From positions 1,426,001 to 1,490,000 of the forward strand of contig OZ374565.1 in the NCBI GenBank assembly GCA_977862235.1: a stretch of DNA of 64,000 nucleotides, written 5' to 3'. Shown piece by piece: positions 46,169-59,800 of this stretch; the stretch's first letter is position 1; each line of letters begins with the position of its first letter. The position numbers and the translations under genes were made by a program. This DNA is from Dudresnaya verticillata. Lineage: Eukaryota. Under the pieces are notes generated by a model, which saw only the letters and a program-made list of their open reading frames with translations, made no database searches and was not told the origin of the DNA.

Positions 46169-46923
46169 GCCAGGTAACTGCAGCGTACAAGTTTGAACTA
46201 GAAGAACGGTAGTTCCGTAACGTATACAACGTAGTTAATCGGAATTTCCGAACTTCTAGGTCGGGAGACCAAATGTGGTGCAATCCACTCGGTAGAGTTG
46301 AGGGTGCACCTCAGGCGATTCGGGGGCCTGGCGGTAGCAGGTGAGGTAGTAGCGGTAGGGCAGGGGAATAGCCCCGTAGTGCGACTGTAAAACACTACAA
46401 GACCGAGAAAGGGGATTACCCTAGAAAGAAAGAGAAAACAAAGGAAAAATAAGAGAAAAACAGGATTCTGTACGGTGAAGAAGGGTAGCGGAGGTACTGG
46501 AGTCCAGCCTAGAGAGGGAGTCGATAGGGTAGGAGGGTACGTCTCGCTGGGCCCAAGCTTAGCCGTTTACTGTAGAAGGGCGCACCTCAGGGCCCTAATA
46601 TACTATGTAGGAGGCGGGTGCGCCTTGGTGGCGGATTAAGGTAAGGGAAGGGGGCGCGCCACTTGGCATTACGTGGCGCGCGCAATTCTATAATTATCTA
46701 CTAAAATATCAACTGTCAGCCTAGTGGTAGTGTGGCTGAACGGTGTGCGCCAAGGGGGCGCACGTGTGCATGTGTACGCGTTGTCGTCTTGCGGGGCCAT
46801 CCTTGCTGGCAGAGGGCGCCGGGCACTGTCAGGCCGGGCGCCTTACAGAGGCATTTCCCCAGTATCATTGCTGGCGGTGAATCCGCGATTTGAGGGAAAT
46901 GAGCACAGGTGAGTTGCACCACA

Positions 46924-49900
46924 CTGTCAAAGCCTTCTGTGAAAGCATAGAGCTCACCTCCCAAGATAGACCTTACAACTCGTTTGCACTTCCTGCTCGA
47001 GTAGTCTAGAACGTGTGCTCTATTTTGGTTATCACATAATAGGATGATGAATCCCAGCTGGGAGCTACAGTCCGTGTTGGTCGCAAAGGAAGCGTCTGTG
47101 TAAGCACGGATGTGTAGAGTATGCTCATCAAGGGGTCCGTAGCTCAAGCATTGATCCGAAGTTGCCTTCAGTTTCTTCACAACTTTGTTAAACTCCTTAA
47201 TTGCTTCGATCTCGAAGAGCTTCTCAGTAACCTGAGCAGCCTTGTTGATATAGCAGCATACATCTGGACGGGTATGAGAGACCCAAGCCAGTGACGCTCT
47301 CGCACTCCGGAAGTCCTTGAAGGATGCCTCTATCGGTAAGGCCATCAAGTTCCCAATGTAGGTCGACTGTTCGATTGTTCGCCTACCATCTTCATGGAGT
47401 TCGATTTGAACTCCGTAGAAAGAGAAGCTATCGAAGCTTCTTGGATTTGACTTGAACCTTTCAACCATTCGCTCGGTCAGCGATAAGAATGATTCATTCC
47501 CGACGCCCAATGAGTCATCAACGTAGATTCCAAGCATTCCAGTGACGTTTTCTCCGGCCTCATCGCTTGGTTCGGTATGGACGAACACAGCGGCGTCCCC
47601 CTCCAAAGGTTCCATCTCGAATTCACCTTCCACGAACCTAGTGTAGGTTTGTTGCCAGTAGTCTACGGAGTCACATAGGCCATACAGGGGGCGTAGAAGC
47701 TTAAGCGCTTCGTCTTCGTGCATGCGGAAGTACTGTCGGTCTCGTTGCTGTGGGATAAAGTATACCTCTCGCTGTAAAGGTTCGTCACTCTGTAGGTAGG
47801 CTTGAGTCACGTCGTGGCTGAACATCCTGTACCCCTTGACTGCAGAGAAGGAAACAATGACTCGGGTATACCGCTGCTGCATTGGCAAGCTATTGTGTAC
47901 GAGCGTCCCCTTTTCGGCATCTTTGTGTCCTTGGACGACGAACCTTGCCTTACGCCTTTCTTTATCGGTCCCAGCATCCTTTATAGCGAGTGCGAAACGA
48001 CCACGAAGGACATTAGCACCGATTGGTAGTTGCTCCTTCTCAACAGGGATCCAGGTGGATAGAGCCTCTAGCCCGTCGATCTCCTTCTGCTTGGCCCTGT
48101 CGAATTCCTGCGAGTTACCTCGTGGGTCTCCTATCTCGAGAATTTCGGTGAGATAGGTCGGTAGCTCTACTCCGTCGCTTGAGGCGGTGTCTTCGAGGGT
48201 GGAAACGAATTCGCTGGGGTCGATTTGGTCACTAGGAGTGGTGTGCTCGAGCTGCTGTTGCGATGTGGCCTGGAGTTCCAGTGGGTTCATAGCACTGCTC
48301 GATGGTCCTGCTGCACTGTTATTCGGGTTCTCGACGGCCATAGGTGATACGCCCTGTGACGTGGGCCTATTGTAGCGTTTGACCTTAGTGACCAAGAACG
48401 TCTTCAGCTCTCCCTTGATCTCTAAGTCAACCATCTTTCCCCGTACAGCGACCACTGGGAATGGTCCAAACCATTGTCCTCTCGATTTCTTGCGTGCCTC
48501 TCGGTACACTAATACTTCGTCGCCTGCACGAATGTCTCGGACGGTGGCGGCAGGAACGTTGGAACGCAGGGCTGCGTTCACTCTTCTCTTTGCCACGAGC
48601 TTGGCCATCTCTGACCGTGCGTCCTTCATAGCCTTCACCCTCTCTTCCTGAGCTGGGTTGTGTTGTGTGACTGATACCCTCGGCACTACTCCAAAGACCA
48701 GCAGTGTTGGCACTAAACCGTTTGGTCCGGCAGTATCGTTGAGAGCCTTAACCGCCAACTGCAGCTTCTCGTTGGCGTCCATGTCCGGGTGTTCCATCGA
48801 CACGCGCCTGTAGATTCCGCGTAGGAAGTCGTGGTACCTTTCTCCTTCTCCTAAGGAATTGTGTTCTTCCACACCGGATAATTCTAGATTGACCCCTGAT
48901 ATTCGGCACAATCCTCCGAACTCCGCGGACCTGAATTGGGGTCCCATATCGGCCTTGATAGTGTCTGGGTGCCCAGTATACCTGGTGGCCCAGATGTCTC
49001 TGTAGGCCTTCCAGACTGTATCGACATTCTCACCCTGAAGGAAGCAAGCAGCGCTCAGCTTGGTGCCCTTATCTACTATGTGGAGGGAAGTCGGCGGGCT
49101 ATATTCATCAAGTCCATGCAGATGGTGCGATTGAAAATAATCTCGTCGTTCGGCAAAGACACACGGAACCTGTGAGGGGCTTTCGCCAGCCTTTGACAAA
49201 TGTCGCAGGTAGCCTCTATAGCCTCCAGTTCTATAAGGTCTTCCGGGCCGCATTCTTCGGGTTTACCGCGATGAAGGATGTTGAACAGACGCTGGGATGC
49301 GGGGTGATAGAAGTGTCGATGGAGCTTACGGAGTTCTTCTGATGAGAACAGGATGTCCATCTCCCAAGCGGTATACATGTGCCCTCGCTTCCTTGTGAGT
49401 GGCATTTTCCAGGAGTCGTCTCGCGCGCTCATGACGTTTCCAGCGACATCTATCACGACCCCGTACTTGTCCATGTATTCGAGTCCCATTAGGAGAGGTA
49501 CATCGACGTCCACGACCTCGACAACGAGCTCCATAAAGAGAAGTTCATCGAGAGGAATGCGCACTTCTATGTATCCGAGCCCTGGGTATCGGTGGTCTCC
49601 GAAACGGTACATTCTGCGGGTTTCCCGGTTTTTGCGGTCCGGTGAGTAGGAAACACACATGTGGTGACAGTAGGCCATCGCTTGCTGCTTCCCTACTACT
49701 GAGCGTTGAGCACCAGTATCGACGCATGCACCTTCAAAGCTACGATTGTCGTCTGTTCCGGCGTACAACAGGCGAGGGAGCTCTGTGGGGTCCTCCACTA
49801 TCGCTACTTCCTCCTCTTGTTTGTTACTGTCGTCTTCTTCCTCATATACTTCGGGTTCGGAGTCAGTAGCGTACGATCGATCAGAGTACCCGTCGCGGTC

Positions 49901-51533
49901 GTAATAGCAATCGTACGAGGTGTCGGACCAGCCTGCTGATCCTAAGGAGGGCAGGGAATCTCAGGAGCTTGTCCGTACTAAGTTCACGCTCATGTCCGCG
50001 TTTGCTAAGAGGGTTTCGAACAAGTCACGGTCGGATTTCTCAGGCGGAAGGCGTTCCTCGGATGTCTCGGCAGCATCTGCATTCGTGGCACTCATCTGGA
50101 AGCACAATTCGGCGAGTACCAAATGGGCACCTTTCCCTTTCGCAGCCTCCTTCTTGGCGTAGTAATCGAGCTTCCTTGATGCAGCTTTGGCCACTTTCAC
50201 CAGCTTTTTACAATCCTTGAGCATGTGTCCGGGTTCACCGCAGTTAAAGCAACCCGAAATGGAACGTGGGTTGAACTTGCTTCCCTCTCCCGAGCCGAAG
50301 GGTGCTCGTTTTGCCCTATGGGCGGCATTTGCAAGCCTTTGCTTACCATACCTGGCTTGGCCAGTATAAAGCACTCCTGGGAGGTCAGGGTCATAGGCCA
50401 GCTTTTTACCAGACGAACGAGCAAAAATCTCATCCTTGAGTCGTGCAACTTCGGCCTCCTTGGTCAGTTGTAACTGCGATTCCAGTTCCCCGTAGAGTTG
50501 TTGGAAGTTGAGGCCGATAGTGGCAATCCGACTCAGCGGTTCGAGAGACCATTCGTATCCGGCCACAGCACCAGCAAGGAACTCGATCTTGTGCGCGTCA
50601 CCCCGGTGCGTTGGCGGGGCCTGGCGGGAGAGCTTAGTAATGATGCGGTATACTTTTTCCAATGCATCAGCGGATTCCATACCATCAGCCACGAACTTGA
50701 TTACTCTCAGCGACTTGAGGTAGTTCTTCACCTTGTTCTGACGGACAGGGGAGTTGTATTCCCTTTCGATGTGGTCAACTGCCTGTTGGAAGCTCTGAGC
50801 GTACCGGTCTACATTTTCCAGGTAGAAACGCTTAGCATCGCCACGCAAAAGGTTGTGCAAGTAGTGAAGCTTCTGTGTTGGGGATAGGTTATAGTCCCGA
50901 GCGACTTGACGGTACTCGTCGACGAATTCTTGCCAGCATTCCCCAATGTCGCCGGAGAACTTCCTTGAATTGTCCTTTAAGCGCATTGCGACGTTGTGGG
51001 CGACTTTTTCGGAAGCGGTACTTGAGTTGCGCTGAGGTTGGGGATCGTCAACCGGAGTCGCGGGTGAGGCAGTCGTGGCTGGGGCCGGGTTTCAGCGACC
51101 TAGCGCGATCATGTCCTTCACTATTGCAATGGCTGCTTGTTTGTCTTCTTCATCATCGTAGACGTTCTGTGCCAACGTCATGACGATGCGTCGAGATTGG
51201 TGAGGTTCCATGTTGGCTCCTCAGGAGTCGAGGAAATTCCGAAGTTGTCCGTGTAGTACAGGCAGAGCTCTCAGTTCTGGTCCGAAGAGGACCGACGGAG
51301 GGAACATATCCGCAACCGCGCGAAGGAGTGCGGTGCCGCTCAACGTCATATCTTCTTGCAGCATATGTATCGTTGTGATGAAACCCCTAAGTACCTCGTT
51401 CAACTTTTCATACTCCTCTACAGGCAGTGAAGACATAAACCTATGCGAGGACGGAGGCCGTGTTTCCGGGAACTCGGGATCGTCACTTGGGCCGGGTGTC
51501 CCCGATGGAACACCGGAGGCGGCAGTCGGCATG
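46924..51533 (-). pseudogene. pol: copia gag-pol (gag with CFNCGEPGH knuckle, DTGA protease, integrase, RT YVDD, RNase H TDASFA); stops and frameshift
   Basis: ORFs 51221-51628, 49961-50986, 49076-49798 and 46716-49253. Confidence 0.92.
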
Positions 51534-51594
51534 AATGTTCTGCTGATGAAGCCTGGTTGTCCTCTCTGGGTTTCGTGTGGCGGAAGGGTGTGGA

Positions 51595-51826
51595 GTGTGA
51601 AGATTCCGAAAATTTGCAAGCCTTGCACAGTTCAAGTTCACAGTTGAGCCACTGTGATGTGAAGATCTTGAAAATTTGCAAGTCTTGCAGAGTTCGACTT
51701 CACAGTTGAGCTGTGATGTGAAGATCTTGAAAATTTGCAAGTCTTGCACAGTTCGACTTCACAGTTGTGCCACTGTGATGTGAAGATCTTGAAAATTTTC
51801 AAGTCTTGCACAGTTCGACTTCACAA
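51595..51826. repeat. About 4 tandem copies of a 59-62 bp self-complementary unit in the copia 5' UTR
   Basis: TGTGAAGATCTTGAAAATTTGCAAGTCTTGCACAGTTCGACTTCACA repeated. Confidence 0.9.
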
Positions 51827-53646
51827 ATGAAGACTCGGATCTGGATCGGATCCGGATTCGTGCTTGAAGCTCTTGTGTCGAAGACCCGTAGGGACGCGTT
51901 TTCAAGTAGGAACAGCGCTCCGCGGTCGCGGTAGCTCGCAAGGGCAGCTTGCGTGGTCTTGTTGCGGGTAGACGCGGAAGCGGTGCTTGCAACGTCGAGA
52001 CGGTAGGTTCGGGGCGTAAAACGATCGAATTCGGTGCGCGTGGTTCGGGGCGTACAGCCGGCGACGTCTTCGTCGTCGGTGAGGGCGGTCCGGGGCGGCG
52101 AAGTCGGCGTTGGCGTTTCGGGGCGTACAACTTGTCAGATTCGCGAATGTGGTGTGTTGTGTCGAGTTTGAGAAGGAAGCACCCCGCCGTCGGGGTGGTT
52201 TACTGAGGTGGCGCCGGCGAGGCGCACGACCGCAGTGTACAAACAATATGCCTCTACCCCAAAACGCCCCCGCCCAGCTAGCCTGGTAGTCGGGGGACTT
52301 ATACAAAATGACAGTCTAGACCTGCGGCGCACGCCGATAACCCCGGGTACCTCGCGAGGTCTCCCGAGGTGCAAAGGCACCGACTTGGTGGCCCAGCCGG
52401 GTTGCGACAGGTGTACAAGCCCTATTGGCCTGCCACCTGACACGTTCTACAGCCGCACCTCGTATTAGCAGCACTATGAGTTGATAGTGCAAGGGATCAT
52501 GGAATGCAACTCTCCGGGCACCCTCTCACAGGAAAACTATTCCTCGTGTCGGGTTTTTCGGAGCTTCTGCCGTCTATTGCCAACGACCGGAAGAGGATGG
52601 AAAGGGTTCTTTTCTCTACACTTGACATGAGAAGTGGGTCGACAGCTGCTGTGTACGTGGTGTTGTGATGTAGTGATCAGTATTGTCTGTGGCGGTCCCA
52701 AGCTGGGATATTCAAAATATCCGATTCAACATGGTCCGAGCTATGTACGGTAACGGGAGAGTCGACGAGGTCAAGGTGTGGGCGAAGTCACCCGCTCTGA
52801 TAAAGACATTGTGTGTATAAACATGTGCAAAAGAGTAACTGCCGCAAATGCTTACCGACGGGAATACGCAGTTGCCCACGAAAGTTAAAAGTTATATAAG
52901 CTCCGTGGGCTTCTGTGCACGGTGCTTGCAGTCGTGACAGCTCGCTCTCTGTGTTACTGTTGTACAGTACAGTACGTGTCATGCATGTTCACAATAGTAA
53001 GCAAAAGCCAAGTCATGGTCCCAGAGTTGCAATTGTGGTGTCAGAGTTCGAGAGCATAACACACATTTACTTTCACAGTGGCGCTAGTACCTGCCGAAGC
53101 ACTGGTCTTCGCCAGCGTGACGAACTATCATAAATGCTACGGAATGGTGACGGTTGATGAGGTAACACAGGCGAGTCACTTTGATTCTTCTTGGCAGCCG
53201 CAAGGTTTTCAGGTTTCTGCTAGTCCATGTCCTATGGAATTTGCAGCAGCAAAACTTCAGCTATGCATATCTCGAGGCCCAGATAAAGGGATCACTGCGG
53301 AATAGAGTGTCTGATTTCCTCTGCTCGAATTTCCTCGGTCTGGTCGTTTCAGCTTGTGTTTCCGCATTCTGGCCTCAATCTTTCAGTGCTTTGTCTCTTT
53401 CTCTTCCCCGCCTTGCTGCGCATCAGTGTGCAGCTTTTTGTGGTGAAGTGAGCCGTGGCGCGCATCCGGCATGCCGACGGCGATCCAACCGTAGCGGATG
53501 ACGTGGAAACACGCCACGCTGATGATTTGGTAACCTATAACCGTGTCGGTGTTGAGCGCATAACTGTGCGCTGGTGCGCATTTATGTACTGTAGGTGGAG
53601 CGCACCAACCGTAGCGGAGTATTTGTAGTGTTTATTCTTTATTTTC

Positions 53647-54609
53647 TGTGAGTATCTGTACAGTGTGTAGGGTAGTGCGCCAACCAATGAGAATGCTGCG
53701 CATGTCCGTGTCGGAGATTGGGACCAGCAGGTTCCATTCCATCACGCTTCCAGACCCTTAGAGCCAGGCCCACACGAACCGGACCGCTCGGTGCCATCCT
53801 GACTTGTATATCAGGGCGACACCGCAGCGGCTCCTAGAATAAACGGACATGCAAACCTTGAGCCTCAATCCAACTGTAGCTCTTTCCTTTACGGGTTTCC
53901 CCGCCATGCTCCCGTTATCGTTTACCACCACTACCGTTACAGAGCCCATCCCGGCATTTGTACCACCCAATTCTCTGTTGCTACCCAGTATCCACCTCAG
54001 TTAACCGCTCTCTTTTCTCCCTGTCCGTACGAACTGCTCTACCACCCCGCGGAGGTACTATCCCTCTCGCCCTGTGAAGGAAGGCAAGACAATTTGTCCG
54101 TTACGAAGTTCGTGGGTTTTCACATCTTTTGGTCTCCCAACCTAGAACAAAGTCATTGTTGGAAGAAGGGGCTGTTGATATCGGCTAGGGTAGCATTTTG
54201 GCTGTACCAACCATCCGTTACGGAATATTCGATAGACAAGATAGATCCACCGTTGTGTTCCGTTAATGTATCATGCAAAAAGAAGAACAAAAAGACCCGC
54301 CCGTTACAGAACCAAAACCGGGTGCCATTCCTGTGGTATAACGAGCACTGGGGTGCAACCCACGCGCGGTGCCCCTGAAATACTATCCGCCACTGGCGTG
54401 AAGCACCGTCGACGACGGTTGCTGCCGCCGCTTGGCGTGTTGACAATTTCGTAACCGCCCAGTGGGCGTTGGTGCCAAACCGCGGGTTCGCGCCAACGCC
54501 CACTCGGCGGTTACGAAATTTTTTCTTTCGGCGAAGCGAACGCGCTCGCTTCGCCGAAAGAAACCGCCTTAGGCGTACAAACCGCGGGCCTGATCGGCCG
54601 CGGCTCAAG
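53647..54609 (+). mobile_element. gypsy 5' end no. 1: candidate LTR 53647-54124, PBS 54130-54147, short internal region
   Basis: TGTGA...TCACA followed by TGGTCTCCCAACCTAGAA; left boundary uncertain. Confidence 0.55.
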
Positions 54610-56838
54610 TGCGGCGATGTGCCGAGGGTGGACGACGTGGCAGACGGGGTCGCACGCGTACACGTAGTACACGCGGGCGGGCACGCAACGGGACGCAACC
54701 GGATCACACATGTGCACAATTTGATCGTGGCTCGGCACTGTAAGGGATTAACCGTGGCCACACGTAAGTGTAAGCTTTGGCGCGGCGTACGCGGGAACGC
54801 GCACGAATCTATCAGCAATGCTGCTGCATCGTGGTGGTGCCTTTCAGACGCACGGCGAAGCGCCACGTGCCCCGAATTCCCGTGCGCTCGCGTACCGCCA
54901 CCGCAGCGCGCGTAATGGTAGTAGTACTTAGGTAGTCCGTCAGAAGACGTCACAGTAAACTCGGCTAAGCCGGCCTGGAATCTGAATGCCCTTCTCTGCT
55001 TGCGCGTGCCACCTACCGCAGCCTGAAGCTTATGCGTCGGTACCTCCGTGCTTCCACGTTTCCTACCGTCTCTTAAAGTGTTTCTTTTGGGGTTTTGTTT
55101 CTTCCTCTTCCACTTTCACGCACTTTCCGCCCAGGGCGTTTACAGTCCGCCCTGTGGCGTTGTATACCCGCTCTACCACCGCCGTCCTACGACGACACTA
55201 CCCGCCGGGCCCCGAACATCCGGACGTGCCCTCCGTCTCGGAAGGTTGGCACCACATCTGGTCTCCCGATCTAGAAGTGTTCTACGTCAAAGTACGATCA
55301 GGTTCCGTCGCGGGACGTTCTTCTACCGTCCGCGACGTCCCCTCAAGTTTACCGTTTCTTCATGGCCTCAAGACCGCCACAGGCGAGAGGCTCTAGCTTA
55401 AGACGACCTTCTTCAACGCCCGGCACTGTGCCGGCATCTCAACGGTCGCAACCACCGATGACGACGAGGTCGGGACGCCTCGTGAGCCCGGAGATCGCGT
55501 CGGCTTTCCCGACGCCGCCGGGCCACGAAGGCTCCCATGTATCGCTCAACAGGGGAGAGTTACCTCCCCCGCCGATCCCCGTCGTCATCCGTACTTCCGT
55601 TCCTAATGAATCGGACCTCCGCACTTATCACTCGCACGTGGATTCTGCTGACACGGTCCAAGCCGAGCAGCAGCACGTCGAGGACGGAGCACAAGCCGAC
55701 AACGTCGTGGAACAACCGGATCATCCGGACAACTTACCGACCAGCAACGTCAATGATGGTCAAGATCGCTCTACGGGGCGCGACGTCGTTGACGATACAC
55801 CCCCAACCCAGGGCTGTTGCCCTACACCGCTCGGCGAAGCCGGGTGTTCTCCGGCTAGGCCGTCCCCCATGCACTCGAGTGCGCGCGGGTCACCCAACGG
55901 AAGAAGTTCTACTCGCCCTCCTTCGGTGAGGTCACCAACCGCGGTACGAGTTGGTAACCTCACCATCCCCCGTGACCGCATACGCGAAGTGTGCGTCGTC
56001 GAAGACGATGCCCTCTTAGCGCGGTTCGCGGAGATGCTCAACGACAGTGTCGGTGGAATCTTTCGCCGCCTACAGGCGTTAGAGGAAGACCGTGATGGAA
56101 CGTTACAGGGCGCCCGCAGCGATGTCGACCGTCTATCGACGTTGAGGTCAGAGGTCACGGGACCAACACCCGTGGCAATAATACCAACCAAGGGGAGAGA
56201 CACCTCTACCCCGCTCCGAACTATCGTCCGGTGAACGATTCAACCGCTTGGCATCTCGCCTAGAGCAACTCGAATCCGCAGCAATGCGTCAGGGTCCGCC
56301 GAGTGGCCCTCCGCCCGATGACGATGACCCGGGCAGTAATCGAAGCCGTAGTCGGAAGGGGCCCGAGGGGCGCGACCGTTCCAAACGGGACCGCCGCCAA
56401 GACCGTCGAGGACGTAAGAACAACCGTCGTCGACGTGGGGAATCCTCGTCGCCCTCGCGGGAGTCGAGTAGTGGCAGTTCGTCGAACTCATCGTCCGACG
56501 ATGGATATACGCCTTCAGGCGGTGGTGTCTTCAGGCCCCGCGGAAGAGGTTACAAGGGGTCGAAGGAGCTTCACCCCTCCAACCCCCTCTTTGACCGACT
56601 CATGTCGTACCGAACATATCGGCTCCACAATTGCGATCAGGAACGTTCGGTACGAGAAACGGGGAAGTTCAAGGACCACATCAAGAGACTCGAGCTGACC
56701 ATGAAGGACGCTGCCTTCAATGGCGACGACCCGGTCCTGGTCTTCGAGTTCCTCACGCGGTATGCGGATGAAGCCTACACGCTCAAAATGAGTGAAGCTC
56801 AGGCGTTCGTCGCATTATCGTATTTCCTACGTGTTTCG
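54610..56838 (+). mobile_element. gypsy 5' end no. 2: LTR (about 54610-55256), PBS 55259-55277, gag N-half
   Basis: GCACCACA-TC-TGGTCTCCCGATCTAGAAG. ORFs 55362-56234 and 56248-56838 are homologous to the 43.8-46.2 kb gag, and the homology stops abruptly after ALSYFLR. Confidence 0.8.
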
Positions 56839-59800
56839 TGTGGCGCACGGGGGACCGAGCTTTTATTTCCTCGCCATAGACGCCGAGAACCTCTTCGACC
56901 GACGGACGGTCACCTGGAACGGCTCATTCGCCGTTGGCGCCAAGACGTCATCGACGATTGGTCTACGGACGCACGGGTGCCACAACCCAGCGCTGCGCAC
57001 GCTCGAAGCACTGTACGGCGCAATGCTGCAGAGCGGATCTGGATGATGCATCGGGATTAACGAGGTTAAGGGAGTTGACTGTTAGATTGGCCCGGATCCC
57101 GATCGAATCCGGATCCGACATCCAGATCGGACATCGGGATCCGCTGTAACGGAAACGCGCCTGTAATACGGTGCCAATCGCGATCCGAATCCGGATCGCC
57201 TACGGCAGCGTGCGAGCGCGCCTCTGTAGGGCGCACGCGCCAGCGCACAGCGGCTGCATTGTCCCGGGACGTATCAGACGCACCTCCACGCGACACTCGT
57301 TCCGGGTTCCCGCGCACTACGTCATGCAGCCGCCGCGCCGCGGCTCCATAGTATTACTTAGGTACCTCGTCTGGGACGTACAGTAAAGCCCCGGCAAGCC
57401 GGTTTGGGTCTAGACTTCCCTTCCGCGACAGCGCGCACCCTACCGCTGCCCGGAAGCATAAACGTCTACCTATCCGTGTTTCCACGTTCCTAACCGTTGC
57501 TATCGTGTTTCCTTTTGGGTTTCTTTGCCCCTTTGTCCGCTCGCCCTGGGTGTTTTCAGTCCGCCCTAGGCGTGTTCAACCTGCTCTACCAAGTTCGCTA
57601 TTAGCGGCTACCCACCGGGCTCCCGAACGGCCCGGAGGTGTTCTCCGTCTTCAGCACGACGTTTGCACGACAACTGGTCTCCCGACCTAGAAGCTGCTAC
57701 GTTTCTACGAACTTTAACGTCTGTGAGACGATCGCTTAACCGTCACCCTGACGTTCTGCCCATCGTTCACGATGTTCGCCTACCTCTTCGAAACAATCAT
57801 GGGTCCACCGCGACCACCTTTATCGCGTGGGTCCTCCTGACGCCCGTCTTCGATGCCCGGCACTATGCCACCGTCTGGACCGGCCCAACCCATGACGACG
57901 CGATCTGGTCGTCACGTCAGCCCGGAGATTGCCTCAGCCTTTACGGCACCGCCGGACCATGACGTGTCACACGCTTCGCTGAACAGGGGAGAACCTGCCC
58001 CCCGCCGAATCCGATCGTCGTTCGTACTTCAGTCCCGGAAGGCTCCGCCCTCCGTACCTACCAGACCTACGTTGACTCCGCCGACACCGTCCAGGCGGAG
58101 CAGCAACGCGTCGTATACGGAACACAAGCCGGCCTTGCTGAGGAACAACAACAACCAACCCCGGCTTCACAGCCACAACAACAACTACCAACCGGAAACG
58201 TCGAGGACGATGGAAGCCGTTTACCGCCTTTGGACGTCATCGACGATTCCGCACCTGCGAGGGACTGTTGTCCCACGCCTCACGGCAGTGCCGAATGTTC
58301 TCCGTCAGAGCCCTCTGGTCAACGTGGCAAGGCAGAGTCGTCACCGGTGCGGCGAAGTCCGGCGAGACAACGTCCAACACGACCTTCGCCCGCAGCGTCT
58401 CCTGCGTCCGCTCGCGTGGGTAATCTCACGATTCCCCGCGACCACATCCGAGAAGTTTGCGTCATTGAGGAGGATGCGTTGTTAGCGCGATTCGCGGAAA
58501 TGCTCGACAACAGTGTCGGGGGAATCTGCAGCCGTCTACAGACGTTAGAGGAGGGTCGAGACTGTACAGGGTTTACAGGGTTTACGAACTGACCTCGACC
58601 GTCTGATGACGAACCCGGGTACCAACGCCAAGCAACCCGCTACAGTAACGATCAACTCGCAGTCCGAACTGAGTTCGCGCGAGCGTTCCAATCGCCTGGC
58701 GACTCGTTTTGAACGATTGGAAATCGCTAAGTCGCGTCAAGGACAGCCACCATCGTCTGAGGACGAAACCGACGACGAAGATCGTCGCCGCCGAAAAGGC
58801 CGCAAGCATCGCGACCAACGAACGAAACGCCACGAGCGAAAGAAGAACCGTCGACGACATCACGGAGATTCCTCATCTTCCTCCAACTCGTCAAGTGACG
58901 GAGAATCGTCAGGTACTTCAACGGATGACGAACAGTATCCAACCCACGGCGGGCCCGTAAGGCTACGCGGCAAACGATTCACGGGATTGAAGGAGCTACG
59001 CCCCTCCAACCCCCTCTTTTGATCGACTCTTGTCGTATCGTACTTACCGCCTAACAGACGTCGGGCAAAAACGTTCCGGACGTGAAACAGGGAAGGTCAA
59101 GGACCACATCAAACGTCTAGAGTTGACGATGGAGGACGCCGCCTTCCCCGGCGACGACCCGGTCCTAATCCTCCAGTTCCTTACGCGTTTCGCGGATGAG
59201 GCCGATACGCTGGAAATGAGCGAAGCTCAAGCGTTCGTAGCGTTGCCATGCTTCTTACCAGGTACGGCGTCAACGCAGTTCCGATCCGTCCAGTCGACTT
59301 CAACACGCCATCGAGGTGGGGTCTCGTAATATCCGGAGCCGGTACAATACCTCCTCCGTACGTACCCAACGCCTTCAGCGATTCGATCCGCCGCACTGGC
59401 GTTACGTTCGGCAGCACAGAAGCGGTCCGAAGATGAAACTTCCTCTGGCATGCGACTCGCTGGAGCGTGCATCCGTTGCGGTAATGTATACCCCGACTAG
59501 GAGAAGATGACCCTATTCATTGACGGACTCGACCCGTCGATACGATCGCTGGTTGTCCGCTTCCGCGAAGAGACGCCAAGAGCGGAGCTATCGTTCGAAC
59601 GATTGGTGCACTTCGCACAAGACGAAGGCGACACGCATCGCGCGCGACATGGCAGGGCCGGACAGACTTCGAGTCGACAGGATATATTGGTGCCGGCACA
59701 AGTCGCTCGCAACGTACGACCCGCTGTCGCGGCCAACCGGCAACCGAAGAAGAGTCCGAAGCCGGCGGCACGCGCCATGCTGGCGGAGTCGTCCGTCTAA

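Larger units (their letters stand above)
35398..46923 (-). mobile_element. Full-length Ty3/gypsy chromovirus nested in the copia RNase H
   Basis: 650-bp LTRs 35398-36047 and 46274-46923 with TGTGGTGCAA/TTGCACCACA termini, TSD CTGTC, PBS TGGTCTCCCGACCTAGAAG (46253-46271), PPT at 36048-36064. Confidence 0.95.
34750..52451 (-). mobile_element. Ty1/copia LTR retrotransposon (mutated), interrupted by a nested gypsy
   Basis: 304-bp LTRs 34750-35053 and 52148-52451 (about 6 differences seen), TSD GCCGC, order gag-PR-IN-RT-RH, PPT-like GAGTCCGGGGAG. Confidence 0.95.

Noticed and set aside
46716..46923. Apparent novel C-terminal extension of the 845-aa copia ORF
   Set aside because: It is read-through into the nested gypsy LTR; the true C-terminus is at 35065-35397
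51595..51826. CRISPR-like appearance of palindromic repeats
   Set aside because: No unique spacers, no cas genes, eukaryotic retroelement context; it is a plain tandem repeat
56839..57060. Unusual C-terminus on gag ORF 56248-57060
   Set aside because: Read-through into the LTR of the next inserted element
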